This document shows positions 23,558 through 38,720 of a stretch of DNA of 64,000 nucleotides, one piece after another (positions within the stretch are counted from its first letter, which is position 1; the number at the start of each line of letters is the position of its first letter). A model generated the notes under the pieces. That model ran no database searches. It was given only the letters and a program-made list of their open reading frames with translations, and was not told the DNA's origin. Source of the stretch: Octopus vulgaris (lineage: Eukaryota); assembly GCA_951406725.2 (NCBI GenBank), contig OX597817.1, positions 140,988,001-141,052,000 of the forward strand. The letters are read 5' to 3'. Made by a program: the position numbers and the translations under genes.

Positions 23558-25501
23558 TTTTGATTGGCTTAGTTAGAAAGTTGCATTAATTCATTTAAAC
23601 TTTGGTGACTTCACAAAAGCACTATTTCCAAAACTTAATTCTTGAGAAGTTTTAGACAACTCCATGCCATATTGGTAAAATATATTTCAAGAATGAGTTT
23701 AGTAATTAAAAATGGTAGATTTATAATGCCTGTATGTCCATCTCTGCTACAAAAAAAGAACAATTTATTCTACATTTCTCAAGTCTTTTTTACCTTCTTT
23801 TACTTGTGTTAGTCATTGGACTACAGCCATACCAGGGTGCCACTTCAAATTGTTTCAGTTAAAGCGCTGGCTTCTGTGCCAGTGAAATGTAAAAAGCACC
23901 ATCCATACGCAGCCGATGCCAGTGCCACCTTGACTGGCTTCTGCGCCGGTGGCACATAAAAAGCACCAACCAATCGTAGCCGTTGCCAGCATCCCCTGGC
24001 ACGTAAAATGCACCCACTACACTCACGGAGTGGTTAGCGTTAGGAAGGGCATCTAGCTGTAGAAACACTGCCAGATCAGACTGGAGCCTGGTGCAGCCTC
24101 CTGGTGCAGCCTCCTGGTGCAGCCTCCTGGTGCAGCCTCCTGGTGCAGCCTCCTGGTGCAGCCTCCTGGCTTCCCAGACCCCAGTCAAACCGTCCAATCC
24201 ATGCCAGCACAGAAAACGGACGTTAAACGATGATGATGATGATGAAACTGACCCCAGTATGTTACTTTATAAGTCTATTGGGCCCCTTTTACCACACCAC
24301 TAAGTTATGGGGACACATACAAGCCAATACCTATTGTCAGGTGGGGGTGGGGGAGATAGATAAACACACACACACACACACACAGACCCAGACTATCAGA
24401 TGTTATACACTACTGGAAACAATGTGCTTTCTTACATTGTAGGTTTCGAATTATGCTACCCGACTGGAAAACGGAACATTAAATGACAGGCTTTCACTCA
24501 CAAAACATTGATCCCCTCAGAGCTATAGTAGAAAACACTAGCCCAGGGTGCAACAGAGTGGTACTGAATCTGAAACCATGTGGTTGCTTCTTAACCACAC
24601 AGCCATGCCCACATTTATGAAGTCCTCCTCCTCATCATCATCATCGTTTAACATCCGCTTTCCATGCTAGCATGGGTTGGACGGTTCGACTGGGGTCTGG
24701 GAAACCAGGAGGCTGCACCAGGCCCAGTCTGATCTGGCAGTGTTTCTACAGCTGGATGCCCTTCCTAATGCCAACCACTCCGTGAGTGTAGTGGGTGCTT
24801 TTTACGTGCCAGGCGAGGCTGGCAACGGCCACAATCAGTTGGTGCTTTTTACGTGCCACCAGCATGGAGGCCAGTCGAGGCGGCGCTGGCAACGGCCATG
24901 TTCGGATGGTTCTTTTACGTGCCACTGGCACTGGTATCACAACTACAATTTCCAGAATTAAGAAAATAACTACCAACTTCACTGCAGGCTTGATAAATTG
25001 GAACTCTAAAGAGCAGCATGCATCTTAAACCACCTCATATTCTCTTGAAATGCAGAGAACACATTGGATAATGTTGCACAAGATACACTGAGAAAAGATG
25101 GAATGGTGATGGTAGGGACATTTTTGCTAAAAGATTTGTTCAATTAGGGTTCACCTGGCACTGAACAACAAAACCACTTTTCAAAATCAAATACATGTAA
25201 ATGCTAAACTTCTGCCAAATTATGGCAACGTGGGAAAGAAATATTGTTGTAAACAGCCAAAACGAAAAAAAAGAGGAGTCTCTTATCATTGGCTTTGTAT
25301 CCATTTTTTCTTTTTTACCAATACTGAGATGAATTAAATGAGTTTAAATAAAAGGCAGCTTTGCTATTTATCTTTGTCTTGCATCACCTTTATCTACAAG
25401 AGTGAACTGTAACATGATGAAAGTATAAAGTTTGTGTAAACTTTATTACTAGATTGTGGCTTTGTGTTTAATCTGTCATCACACATTGATCTCACACCCT
25501 G

Positions 25502-25541
<40 letters not shown>

Positions 25542-28479
25542 GCTTCACTAGAACATCACCTTTGATAACACTATAAACAGCTTCTACTTGACAATAAAAC
25601 TTCATTGACATCACTTGTGAACATCGAACGTAGTGAGGAAACCAATAAATATTTCACACCAACATGTTTCCTCAACCAAATCAATATGATAAAAAGAAAA
25701 CAGATAAACAGCAATAGAACTTTTTAATGGAGGCAATAAAACCAAGTTTGGCAATGTTATGTAGTAATCAAGGTTTAAAAACTCATCAAAATGGTCTTAG
25801 GTCAATACAGCAAACCGAGCTCTTTACTCTCCAGGGCTGCCTTCTATGAAAAGGGGTCGAGATCAAACTTCTGAGCCAAAAGGGAAAAAAATATGTAACA
25901 TAATACACTACACCCACCATTGCTTAAGTAGTATGTGGGAGCAAGATAACATAAAGAGGGGAGGAAGAACATAAGTTATGTCCATTTTTAGGGCACTTTT
26001 TAGGGCCCCCTAAGACTGGTCAGAGGAAGAGCACAAACTGTGTTCCTTTTCAGGACCCTAGAAGAAGTGAAGAGAAGAATACAAGCTATGTCCCCTTAAG
26101 GAGCCCTGGCAGGGGTGAGGAAAGACTAGAAATTATCCTTACACTACTAAAGATACCCAAGGATCAAATAGACGTGTTAAACCAGGTGATATTTAAGTTT
26201 GGTACTTAAGAAACAGACCAGCCCCTCTGACAGGTTTTGATATGGTTTCATAAGACTTTGGTGAGCCTGAAGTCAAGTTAAAATGCACTTGCTCCAAAAT
26301 GTTGTGTAGCAGGATAGAACCCAGATCCATGTGGCTACCATACAGTGATGCCTACCGAAACAAAACAACAAAAGGGTGAAACTGTCTTTGCTCAAAAAGA
26401 GAAAGCCAAGGTGTATAGTGGTGAGATTAATTCAGCAATCTTCAGAATCAATATTTAAGAAACATCATACTTGTCCTCTATAAGTGCAACATCAATGGTT
26501 ACTGGCAGAATTACAGATCAGCTATAAATTTGCCTCTTTTAACTTAGCTCTCTTATGCACCAAATGAATTGCATTTGACAGTATCGAGAGAAGAGACGGT
26601 GAAGACTAGTATATTACCTTAAAGCTAACGACTTGTACAACAATTAATTAAACTTGAGTGTCACCAAAAGTCATAGACAGTCTAAAAATAAAATAGTTCC
26701 AATCCTATTGTCTCCCTTGTCACAAGTATTAAATACTTAGTTGTCTGTGTTTAGTACCTAACAAAAGTGGCTTAGTATTTAGAACTATAATAATTACAAC
26801 TCTTCTCATATAATAAATCATCAAAAATTAATAATTAACACGCTGAACAAATGAAGTAGTTAAATTAAAACCCCGCCGCCATCCCACCTGGCCCATAGAG
26901 AAGACAGTCGCAGAGGTCAAAATCTATAAAATATCAGCCACTCAAATCATTTGTCATTTTTAATTCCCCAACCTCCATCAACTTCATTGTTAAATTGAGT
27001 GAATGGAACAAGGCAGATTGATGGCAGACTATCAACTCCAACTCAATAAAATAATCTTGTTATTGTTGTTGTGGCAATGAGAGAACTTCTATTCAGTCAT
27101 TGAACCATCTCTCTCCCTCCCTCTCTCTCTCTCTCCCTCTCCCTCCCTCCCTCTCCCTCCCTCCCTCTCTCTCTCTCTCTTCTATTCAATCATTGAACCA
27201 TCTCTCTCCCTCTCTCTCAAAACACTCCACCATCATCAAATTTGAAACCAAATGTATCAATATTTAAATAAATTATGAATGCCACTAAGATTAAATATCC
27301 TTTCTTATGGCGGTGCTAAGTGCTCTGGCATTGTCTTTCCAATTTACCTCCTCTCCAATTCTACTTCGCTTTCCTTCTGCATTTCGTTCTGTAACAATTT
27401 GCTTGTTCTATCAGGTTTCAGTGCTGTAAACTATTTATCTTCCGCACAGTAAATCTCTCTCTTTTCACACCAAACACCAGCTGCCTTCTTATCTCTGCAA
27501 CCAGCAAACACACTGCCCAGTCCAGTTCACACCACTTTTCTCACTGGCCTTGTGTAGATCAGACCTTTCAGTGTATGTAAATTATATTTCTATTCAATAA
27601 AGTATATTTCTATATTAGTACAGACAAATAGATTTATATCTCGTGTCATATGCTGGACTGAGTAACTTTCTAATGAAAAACTATCCCAAATAGAACCAGT
27701 AGAATATATATAGAGGTTAACTCAGCTGTGAATAAGAATGAAAGACAAGAATTCATATACAGCTAGAATCAAGGTGCTGAAATATTAGGATTGTGTAAGT
27801 AGTAAGCTATCTGATATGAACAGAGGTGGAAGCATGTAGGCACTTGGGTGAGAAACTCGCTTCCCAGCCATGTAGTTTATGAGTGTCACCTTTATATAAG
27901 CATTGTCATTCATTTCTGGTCTCAACAAAAAAGAATTAAAAATAAGATTATTTTAACATGTAGTTTGGATTTATGCCAACATGTGTAATCTCAGATGTCA
28001 TATTTCTACCATGACATCTTCAAACACTCATCCCTCAAACCCTTCCATTATATCCAGCATACCATCATCACCACCTTAGTACCTCCTCATCAGCTAACAA
28101 CACCACCCAAGTTAAGAATCACTGATTCAGAAAAAGAAAATGTGAAGCAAAATGCAGGAAGTTGTTGGCAGCAACAGAGTGTTTCTGTCTTCTTTTGAAA
28201 TGAACCATGTATGAGGGATAGGAGCCGAGTGAACAAAGCACAAGTGAATTGAGAAACCAAAAGAGATAACTACACCAGCATGAATGGACAATGAAGACTG
28301 AGTGAAGATACATTCTGCTGGCAGCGGAGGGGCCCCAAGGGGATCCATGGTGAAAAGAAAGGACATAGGACAAAGATGAGAACAGCTGAAGGTGAGTAGC
28401 AATCTTACTTCATGTAAACATGGATATTAAAAAGGAGGCGGGGTGAGGAAAGTAGGAAATTTGTAAGCAAGGGGAACAA

Positions 28480-29715
28480 CTATGGACATGTTTCTGTCAA
28501 CTAATCATCACCTAAAGAGAGTCTACTCAAGAGTGATCAACTGAGATCTTTATAAATATTAAAAAGGTCTTCGAAATAATTGATTATGGGTTTAAGCTCA
28601 GCAAGGAAAAGTGTGAATTTTTTATGCCAAGAATAAAATATATATGGCAGATTATTGATGAAAATGGACGGAGACCAGACCCATTTAGGGCAGGTGCAAT
28701 ATAAGGTCATATGTTCACACTGGACATCCAAGAATTTCTAGAATGAAGTCACTTATGAGAAGTTATGTTTACTGGCCAAAAATGGATGCAGATATTGAGA
28801 AGCTGGTAAAATCCTGCAGAGGTTGTGCTCTTGCAGCAAAATCACCACTTATAAAGTTTCAACCTAGGCCCAAGACCGATATTCTATGGTCCAGACTACG
28901 CATAGACTTCGCAGAACCATTAAACCGATAACATCATCTAATAGTGGTAGATAGCTTTACTAAATGGCCAGAAATGTGTAAATGTAGAAAACCAACATCC
29001 ACAGTAACAGTGGAATTTCTACATGATCTTTTTGCTAGGTATGGTGTCTTGGATACCATAGTCTCTGATAATGGTACACAATTCATGGCGAATGAATTTA
29101 AGAAATTTTGCAAGATGTATTCAATTGAACACATCACTACTCCTCTTTATCACCCAAGGTCAAATAGACAAGCAGAAAGGTTTGTGGATACATTTAAAAG
29201 AGCATTAAAGAAATCAAGAAACGAGCTAGTCAATGATGCAGCATTGACACAATTCTTCGGGATTTATAGGAAACACCAAACCCAAACACTTTTTCAAGCA
29301 AATCGCCTGTGGAACTAACGTTTGCTCCAAAAATAAAGTCAATTTTTGACAAGCTGTTACCAGTAATAAAACAAATAGAGAAAACACTAAATATACAACA
29401 AAACATGTTAATATCAGTGACAAGGTGTTTTTCAAAATATATAAAAATGGAAAACAAGATTTTGAAAACAGAGTAGTAACAAAAAGAATAGGCAAAATGG
29501 CATATATGATAAGAGGCAAAAAAAGGGAACACAAAAGACATTTAAACCAACTAAAAAATAGATATATGGAAAAAAGGAAAGCGATACCTATGGAAGTGTT
29601 CTATGACACCTTTGATGTTCCAACACCACAAGAAATTGAACCTAGGCATAGCAGCACAAGAAAGAGGAAACAAACAGAACAGTTGGAAGTAGTGCCTAAA
29701 CAGAAGAAATATTAA
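28480..29715 (+). mobile_element. Decayed Gypsy/Ty3 LTR retrotransposon pol (RT remnant, H2C2 and rve integrase)
   Basis: MKSLMRSYVYWPKMD...CRGC; VDSFTKWPE, IVSDNGTQF and HPRSNRQAERF motifs; frameshifts. Confidence 0.9.
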
Positions 29716-29747
29716 ACTTCTCTAGGAGGAAAATCTCAAAAAGGAGA

Positions 29748-30006
29748 TGTGATGAAAGAAAAATAAATAAAAATAATATTTACTTCCAACAAAAGTCTGT
29801 CTCAAGGGGGAGATGTGACAAGAGACATTGACACTCCTGGGGGATTTGAAGAATGGACTAGCCAAACTCTTATAAAGAATAGTGTATTGGTTGAGACAAA
29901 AAGGTCAATAGGAGTCGTTAAGAGGACATTTTGGAGTCTCGTGAAGTACATCGTGTGAACACATTTTTACCTCCATTTTGTTAAATTATATATCCAACGT
30001 TTGTCA
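29748..30006 (+). mobile_element. Putative 3' LTR of the Gypsy remnant
   Basis: Polypurine tract aaaaaggaga is followed directly by TGTGA; ends TGTCA; contains a TATA-like tataaag. Confidence 0.55.
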
Positions 30007-32686
30007 AGGATATGAAAAAAAAGTTGCATAACTGAATACAGATATAAACCCTAGCTCAATGATGAATGGATACCTTTTTTGGCAAAGTAGACAATTGAAA
30101 TAATGAGCATTGAAGATCACAACACAGTGAGGATAGCCATAACTAGGTGTGTAAACCGACTCTTTCACTGTGCCGGGGTCTGGGAAGCCAGGAGGCTGCA
30201 CCAGGCTCCAGTCTGATCTGGCAGAGTTTCTACAGCTGGATGCCCTTCCTAACGCCAACCACTCCAAGAGTGTGCATAAGTGTGTGCGTGCATGCAAGAA
30301 TGTGTTTTCATATCCCCTAGTCTTGATATCATGTGCTAGTTGTAAACTAGCATTGCCATTATACAAGCAGAGTCATTTGTGTGCAATTTCCTGTCTAGCG
30401 ATTTATGCTATTCATGTCCGAAGGACTAAGGGAGCTATTACTTTACTTGGAAGTAACGGTGTTAGGGCTAAATATGACAGATTTTTATTTTTATTTTTTT
30501 CAGAAACAGCTTGATGGGTTGGTGAACAGTCAATGGTGTTGGAGAGCATAAAGATTAAAATTGTAGTTAAGCAAAATTTAGCTGACATGGAGGACAGGAA
30601 GCCATCTCAATATTGGACAAGAGTTACCTGTATCATGATGCCAATATCATGACTGCTGCTCAGTGCTTTGTAAGACATGACATGGAAAGCTGTAACAGAA
30701 GATTACGAAGCTATGGTCAGCAAGAAGGGACATAACAGGCGTTCTGACCGAAATTCATTCCCACAATTTTGAACGGGGACTTAGGCTCAATTCAGATGTA
30801 GCTGATGGAAACTGTGGTCAAGCCCAGGTTGGAGAGGGTTGCTGATGAAGGGCCATATATGTAGCAGCAGGAACTGGCTGTTTGCCACACTTCTGGAGTT
30901 GTTTTTGACTTCACTAGCCTTGATTTCTGGCTTCCTAATTTCCTCGATTGTGACCTCATGGATTACTATGTGTGTGGCCGATGCCAGCGCCACCTTGACT
31001 GGCATCCATGGCCGTTGCCAGCTTCCTCTGGCCCCTGTGCCGGTGGCACGTAAAAAGCACACACTCCACTCATGGAGTGGTTGGCATTAGGAAGGGCATC
31101 CAGCTGTAGAAACACTGCAAGATCAGACTGGAGCTTGGTGCAGCCTCTTGGCTTCCCAGACCCCGGTCGAACCATCCAACCCATGCCAGCATGGAAAACG
31201 GATGTTAAACGATGATGATGTGGCATGGTTAAGAAAGACACCAAGAACTCTGCCTGAAACACCAAGGCCAAGCTGGTGGCCAAGATCAAGGAGGTGTTAG
31301 AAGATATTCCCAGGGGCACAGTGAGGAATGCATGTGCCAGTTTCCAGAGCTGTCTTGAGAGTGGAAGCTGAGGGTAGCTACTCTGAGTAAACTGTTATCT
31401 TCCAGCCATAACCTACTTGACCTTTTTTTTCTTTAATTCTTTTTGGACGGGATATGAAATCGAAATCGATGAAAAATCAATGGAAATTGCAGTTGTGATA
31501 CCAGTGCCGGTGGCACGTAAAAGAACCATCCGAACGTGGCCGTTGCCAGTGCCACCTCGACTGGCCTCCGTGCCGGTGCCATGTAAAAGGCACCAACTGA
31601 TCGTGGCCATTGCCAGCCTCGCCTGACACCTGTGCCCGTGGCACGTAAAAAGCACCCACTACACTCACGGAGTGCTTGGCATTAGGAAGGGCTTCCAGCT
31701 GTAGAAACACTGCCAGATCAGACTGGGCCTGGTGCAGCCTCCTGGCTTTCCAGACCCCAGTCGAACCGTCCAACCCATGCCAGCATGGAAAGCAGACGTT
31801 AAATGATGATGATGATGATTGTGTTTTATTTACCTTTTATGCAAACTGTCAAATTTAGCCTTAATACTTTGCAGGTATGGGTTGGCAACAGGAAGGGCAT
31901 CTGGCCATAGAAAATCTATCTCAATGAATTTTGTCTGGCTCATGGAGTATGGAAAGCCACTGCTGATTCAGTCTCACACTCTCCTTTAAATATGAGCAGC
32001 CATACAACTCCTCTTCAAGAACCTGTTCTGCTCCCCACCATCTTCTCTCATACCTTAACACTCATCTCCTGATATAAAGAACCCACTTGAGTTTCATAGT
32101 TTTGAAAGCTGCACGCCTATCTCCTCACTAGTGCTGTTGACAGGAAAGATTACCCAGTCATGATGTAAAGTGATTTATGTTAAGGGCATCCAGCTGCAGA
32201 AACCCTGTCAAAGCAGACACTGGAGCATGGTACAGTCTTTGAGCCCACTGGCTTCTGTCAAACTAACTCACGCCAACATGGAACACGGATTTCATGTTAA
32301 AATTATTATACACACACCTCACATTCTGTAACAACATTCAGCTTGTAGACTGAACAACTAAATATTCTACCACTGATAACTCAACAGAATCTGTTGCTGC
32401 TTATCATTACTTTGGAGTTCTGACTTCCCTGACCAGTTCCCAGATTACATATTAATTTGCATTTACTTAACATGGGCATTCCAAACAACAATATCCTTTC
32501 ATCTTATCTCAGTTCTTTAGTTTAAATAACAGCAGAAAGCAATGAAACAGCTAGGCTTACGAGTTAACCTAGTCATATTTTTACTTCACATATAACTATA
32601 GACACATGCCTACCAACAAATGATTCTCTCTCTCTCTCTCTCTCTCTCTACCTCACACACACACAGACACACAGATAAATACTCAC

Positions 32687-32802
32687 TTCAGCTCTTACAA
32701 CAAACCCTTTTGAGTTACTAATAACAGGTACATAGTCAGTAATTTGGTCATCAACAACTAAATGTGTAGCCCTTTCATCATTACAGTTTACATAGGTTCC
32801 AC
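32687..32802 (-). CDS. ECT2: ECT2 exon (BRCT2)
   Basis: GTYVNCNDERATHLVVDDQITDYVPVISNSKGFVVRAE (THLVV motif); tttcag acceptor, gtgagt donor; 116 nt, phase 1 to 0. Confidence 0.94.
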
Positions 32803-33456
32803 CTGAAACAGAAAACAGAAATTCATGAGTCGTTTGCAAATAAATTTGTAAAAAAATCAAAAAACAATCAAACATATTCGAGACATTGTAAATTTTAACT
32901 ATTCTTCTTCTAAATAAAATTGAAATCACAATGGGTGTGTTTCATAAAGTATAGCAATTTAAAAACTCTTCTAAATCAATAAGAATCGGATTTTGAGAAG
33001 CAAACATTTCATAGATTTCATATCTATGAAATGAGTGAGTGGTGCTGAATGATGACATGCTTGTTCATACCATATCAGCAAAGACAATTAGAGATGATGA
33101 TGGTGATGATGATGAGGAGGAAACAATAATACTTGAAATAAGAACAGCTTGAATATTAACGAACAAGAGATCTATAATTAGCAATAGGTTAGGTTAATTT
33201 ATGAAAGAAAAATTTTCAAGTACCAAATATTGATTGATATAGAAGTGATCTTGTTATTAAGAATTATGAAAACAACAAAAAATAGCATCAAAAAGACTTT
33301 GTGGCAAGAATATATGAATACTGAACAACTAGTAATTATTGACAAAGTATAGAATATGCTTTGAAGGAATACAGTGTTTCTCATATAGAAGATCACATCT
33401 CAGAAAAAGTTATCCACTCCCTAGGCAGCTCCATACTCCATCACTGGCCTACTCCC

Positions 33457-33541
<85 letters not shown>

Positions 33542-34559
33542 AAACTATTACCCCCCTCTGTTCATCTAACTTTGCCATCTCTACGATTATCATCATCCTT
33601 ATTTAATGTCTATGTTCCATGTGGGCATGGATTCCATGGCTTGGATTAAATGGCTCCAAAGACCATTGTACTCTTGTGTCTACTTGGATGTGGTTTCTAC
33701 AGTTGGGTGCCTTTCCTAACACCAACCACTTTACAGAGTGTGTTGGGACTTTTTTCATGGCACCAACACTGGTGAGGTTACCATGAACTGACAAGACTAA
33801 TAAGATATCCTGAGAGAAACAGCCATATGTGAATAGATGAAGGGGTTAAGTATGAAAGAAAGGGTCAAAGCAGAACAGGTTACTTGTGCTTACTGTAGAA
33901 AGGTCACATGGTTACTCTGATTTTAGAAGTTAAGGAGGGGGGAGGGTCTGGGTGGATTAGGAAAGAGAGTGAATAGTGGTGATAAGGTGTCTAGGTATAT
34001 CCTCAAAGTATGAAGTGAATGGAGAGTGTGAGTAGGTAAAGGTTGCAAGAGTGTAAAGAAGAGTGAGAAATAGAGAATGAATGAAGAAGAAAGCAAGGAA
34101 GGTAGGGAAGAGTAGGTGACAACTGCAGAGATTCAATAGGGTTGAAAGGCAGATAATTAGTGGAGGGGTGAGCAATGCTGTTGGCAGAGTGAAGAGTGAC
34201 AGAACAATAATGATATGAGACAGGGGAAGAGAGAGAGAGAGAGATAACAAGTGGTTGAGTAAATTCTGACAGTATTGTGGGAGAAAGGCAGGTGTAGCAC
34301 ATGAAGAGAGTAAGAGATGTATGGTGGTAAAGCTGAGATGATTTGGTGGTTGGGTTGCCAATGTAAAACATGGGTAGGGAATAGTATTGAGGATGACAAG
34401 TAGATATCAAATGAAATGGTTCTGAGAAGTGAGAAAGATTAGTGGCATCAAGACATTCTTGAATTCACTTTACACATATAATTCTTCTTTCATCATCTCT
34501 AATATGTGTGTGTGTGTGTGTATACCAGCCACAACAAATTATACACTCCCCGTTGTAGA

Positions 34560-35853
34560 TCTACATTTTAAAATGTGTTCAATTTGTAGAAAAGGTGTAG
34601 GCAGGAACTCCGTACAGTGTGCCCAATGTAAGCTATGGACATGCAAGAGGTGCAGTGGATTAAGAAGGTTATCAGAGACGGTAGCGTTCATACATTGAAG
34701 ATGCACAGGATCCATAAAAACTATAGAGGCTTAGGAAATTGATTCTCTCAGATACCCTGGTGGTTCATTAGAGGTAGTAGATAATTTTGTCTACCTAGGA
34801 GACCAAATTAGTAGTGGTGGGGATGGATGCATGGAGATTGTGATAGGTAGAATAAGAATAGGATGGAGGAAGTTCAGAGAGCTGTTACCTTTGTTGGCTA
34901 TGAAAGCTTTCTCTCTCAGAGTGAAAGGAAGATTGTATGATGCATGTATACAGATAGCAATTCTACATGGTAGTGAGACATGGATCCTGAATGCAGAGGA
35001 CATGCAAAAGTTAAAGAAGAATGAGGCTGGTATGCTCCACTGGATGTGTAACGTAAGTGTACATGTTCGAGAGAGTGCCAGTGTATTGAGAGAGAAGTTA
35101 GGCTTAAGAGGAATGAGATGCAGTGTGCACTGGTTTAGTCGTGATGCGGATAGATGCCAGCAGCTCCATAAAGTAGTGCCAATCTCTCAAAGAAGATGGA
35201 ACACATGGAAGTGGGAGACCCAAGAAAACATGGGATGAAGTACTGAAGAACGACCTCAGGATGCTGAATCTTTCAGGCAAGATGACAAAGGGCTGAGATG
35301 TCTGGTCCCCTGTTGTACTCATGAAGACCAATACTCTGAGGCAGAAGTATTAAGACTAGTCTCCCTGGTGGTGAGGATTGACCTGCAAGACTCCTGTACC
35401 GGCACAATATATAAAGCAGTCATGGTGGTGCCACATAAAAGTGCCAGTGTGGTGCCATATAAAAGCACCACATAAAAGCGTCTGTGCGGCACTACATAAA
35501 ATCGTCCATGTAGCATCACGTAAAAGCACCCATGCAGTGCCACATAAAGGTGCATGTGTGGTGCCACATAAAAACACCCTCTGTAAAGTGGTTGGCATTA
35601 GGAAGAGCATCCAGCCATAGAGACCATGCCAAATTAGACTGGAGCCTGGTGCAGCCCTCCAACATGCCAATTATGGAGAGTGTGAGTAGGTAAAGGTTGC
35701 AAGAGTGTAAAGAAGAGTGAGAAATAGAGAATGAGTAAAGAAGAAGGTAAGGAAGGTAGGGAAAAGTAGGTGACAACTGCAGAGATTGGATAGGGTTGAA
35801 AGGCAGATGCCAGAATGGACAATGGATGTTAAATGATGATGATGATGATGATG
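34560..35853 (+). mobile_element. RTE-clade LINE 3' fragment followed by a module array, Meta domain and (GAT)n tail
   Basis: CSICRKGVGRNSVQCAQCKLW, YLGD, RIRIGWRKFREL, LHGSETW and GRPKKTW motifs; same family as 5524-7425. Confidence 0.85.
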
Positions 35854-37155
35854 AATATATCATACACTAGAGTGTTACCCATATGACCAATTACTTTGGA
35901 AAATATACTTTTGCCACCATCCCAGATAATATGGCACACATGCAACAATTTGAGTTCAACTTTTATCAAATTTCTTGTTGCTTCTGTAGAATGATAAATT
36001 GAATACTAATTTTCAAAAGAAAAATATTGTCCTAAAATAAAATTAAATAAAACAAATTTCAATACATATATGTTGTTATTTTTCTTAATTTTATCAATAT
36101 CTTTGCAATCTATTCCATTGAAAATCTATCCCTGCAAAATTTCATTAAAAAATGTGTATTTTTCAGAAAGTTATAAGACACACATCCTGCATTTCTTATG
36201 TTAATTCTCTCTCAGTATCTATCTTTCACTCTCTCTCCCTTCTCACTTTATGATGTAAAGTCTGTTTGAAGAAATCAACCAGCCAACATTTACACTGGCT
36301 ATTATTACAGAGAGATATTTAATTCAGTTCAAATATTAGGTGTCTTAACCACACACAACCTACTTCATTCCTCAGTCTAGAAGGATTTAAAAACATTACT
36401 GATAGTTCAGCCATGAAGTTAGACTGTCAGGCAGAAGATAAAGTCATGTATCTTGTCATGGTTTCCAGTCACAGACACCATGTTCGATGCTGACATCTGG
36501 AGTATGACATGATCTTTTGAGATATCAGAGTTTTTGAACCATCCAACTCATGTCGGCATGGAGAGCAGACATTAAACGACAATGATAAGCTTGCTTTAGC
36601 ATATAATGTTAGACATCTGTCACAATTTGGAATGATATCGTTTTAGTTAGTATTCTGTCTTGAAACCAAGTCAAATACTGTACCCCTAAAATGTAATGAG
36701 AAAAGTAAAACTAATCAAGATTTTTATTTTTGAAACCCCTTGGGGCTCCATATAAGATTTTGTATTTTGTATTGACACAGAGATTTTGTATTTTGTATTG
36801 GCACAAGGCCAGCCAAGTTCAAGGGAGGAGCAAAGTCAATTACATTTGACCCCGATGCTCAACTAGTACTTTCATTTATCGACCCCAAAAGAACGAAAGG
36901 CAAAGTCGACCTTGGTGGAATTTGAACTCGGACAAAATGCTACCAAGTATTTAGCTTGGTGTGCTAACAATTCTGCCAACTTATCAATTAATAAGCACAA
37001 AGGTGGTCGTGCGGTTGAGAAGCTTGCATCCCAACCTCATGGTTTCAAGTTCAGTCCTACTACATGGTACCTTGGGCAAGTGCCTTCTACAATAGCTTTG
37101 GCTCTATCAAAGCCTTGTGAATGGATTTAGTAAATAGAAACTGAAAGAAACCCAT

Positions 37156-37186
<31 letters not shown>

Positions 37187-37837
37187 TTGTCTCTAAATTG
37201 TGTAATGATTGTGAATGAGTGACACTGTCATATGTGCAGTGTCCTTCATTTCCAATATTCTGTGAGAATATATCTTTCCTCACTTGGAAACAAGTATGGG
37301 TTAGTAACAGGAAGAGCATCCAGCCAGAGAAATCTGCCTCAATAAACTTTGGTCAACCCATGCAAGCACGGGAAATCATCATCATCATCATCATCATCAT
37401 CGTTTAACGTCCGTTTTCCATGCTAGCATGGGTTGGACGAATGACTGAGGGCTGGCGAACCAGATGGCTGCGCCAGGCTTCGATCTTGATCTGTCAGAGT
37501 TTCTACAGCTGGATGCCCTTCTTAATGCCAACCACTCCAAGAGTGTAGTGGGTGCTTTTTACGTGCCACCAGCACGGGGCCAGTCAGGCAGTACTGGCAA
37601 TGACCTCGCTCGAATCTTTTACACATGCCACCGGCACAGGTGCCAGTAAGGCGATGCTGGTAACGATCACGCTTGAATGGTGTCTTTTACATCCCACCGG
37701 CACGGAGGCCAGATAGCCGCTCTAGCAACGATCACACTCGGATGGTGCCTTTTAAGTGCCACTGGCACAGAAGCCGGTTAGCCGCTGGATGTTAAAACAA
37801 TGAATATTAATTAATGTTAATTGAGAGGTGACAGTAC

Positions 37838-37937
37838 CATTTTCTGAAGTGAGTTTCTCCATTTGTTTCTGGTCTTCATCTTTAAATCCATAGAAACTCA
37901 AATAACAAAATTCGAAAGGTTTCAAACGAAAACTCAT
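37838..37937 (-). CDS. ECT2: ECT2 exon (start of BRCT2)
   Basis: MSFRLKPFEFCYLSFYGFKDEDQKQMEKLTSENG; tttcag acceptor, gtactg donor; 100 nt, ends in phase 1. Confidence 0.93.
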
Positions 37938-38329
37938 CTGAAATGGAGAAAAACAAAAAAAGTAGTAATAAAACAGAAAAAAATAATAAATGAAGTAACT
38001 AAATAAAACAAAATTAAATTTAACAAAGTATAAAGTCACAATGATCTAAGATGAAACTCTGCAATCTGAAAAAACTAGCCAACTGTCTATCCCCACACCA
38101 CCACCGTTTTCTATTGAATGTCATCAGTCTCTCTAGCACCAATTATTTCTTCTGCTATCACTCATTATTCAAATCCAAAGTTCCCACTCTCTAGCCATCA
38201 CTCCATCTTCAATGCTATCCATCTCTCTCTTTCTCTCTCTCTCACTACCCCCTCTTCTATCAATCATTGTTGGCATCCATCTCTTTCTCTCCTCTGTCAT
38301 CCTCTCACTCCTATCAATTTGACTTGACT

Positions 38330-38720
38330 TGAGACAGCACTCACCCGGGATGTGTTGAGCTGGCTTCATTCATCCTCAATGCTGCATTTCTCACAAACAC
38401 CAACCAGACCTGGCGATCTGAGGCTAACGACCGCGTGATCTCCAACCACTCCTTATTCCAGTGGCGAATGCCTTGGATATGGGGGCCTAGGTTGGGTTCC
38501 AGATCAGCCTTTCTGGAAGGGCCATCCAAGGCAGATTGTTCTGACACCCAGCGGTATCAGGGCCGCACCTGGCTAACGGGGCTCTGGTGAACAGAAGCAT
38601 CTGATCCGGCAACTGGCAGCTTCAACCCGTCCTGTCCCTGTGGAAAATCTACGGCAAACAAGACGTTCTCCCAACAGGGATATACTTGCGGCTGGCGAAC
38701 TTCCTATTCCCATGATCCTT
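38330..38720 (-). mobile_element. RTE-like LINE 3' fragment (different family)
   Basis: Minus-strand LASDRQVWLVFVRNAALRMNEASSTHPG* followed by a (tcaag)-like tail. Confidence 0.55.

Noticed and set aside
25400-27700. Additional solo LTRs or an alternative first exon
   Set aside because: No convincing termini or TSD; the candidate MQKESEVELER exon is out of phase with the next ECT2 exon
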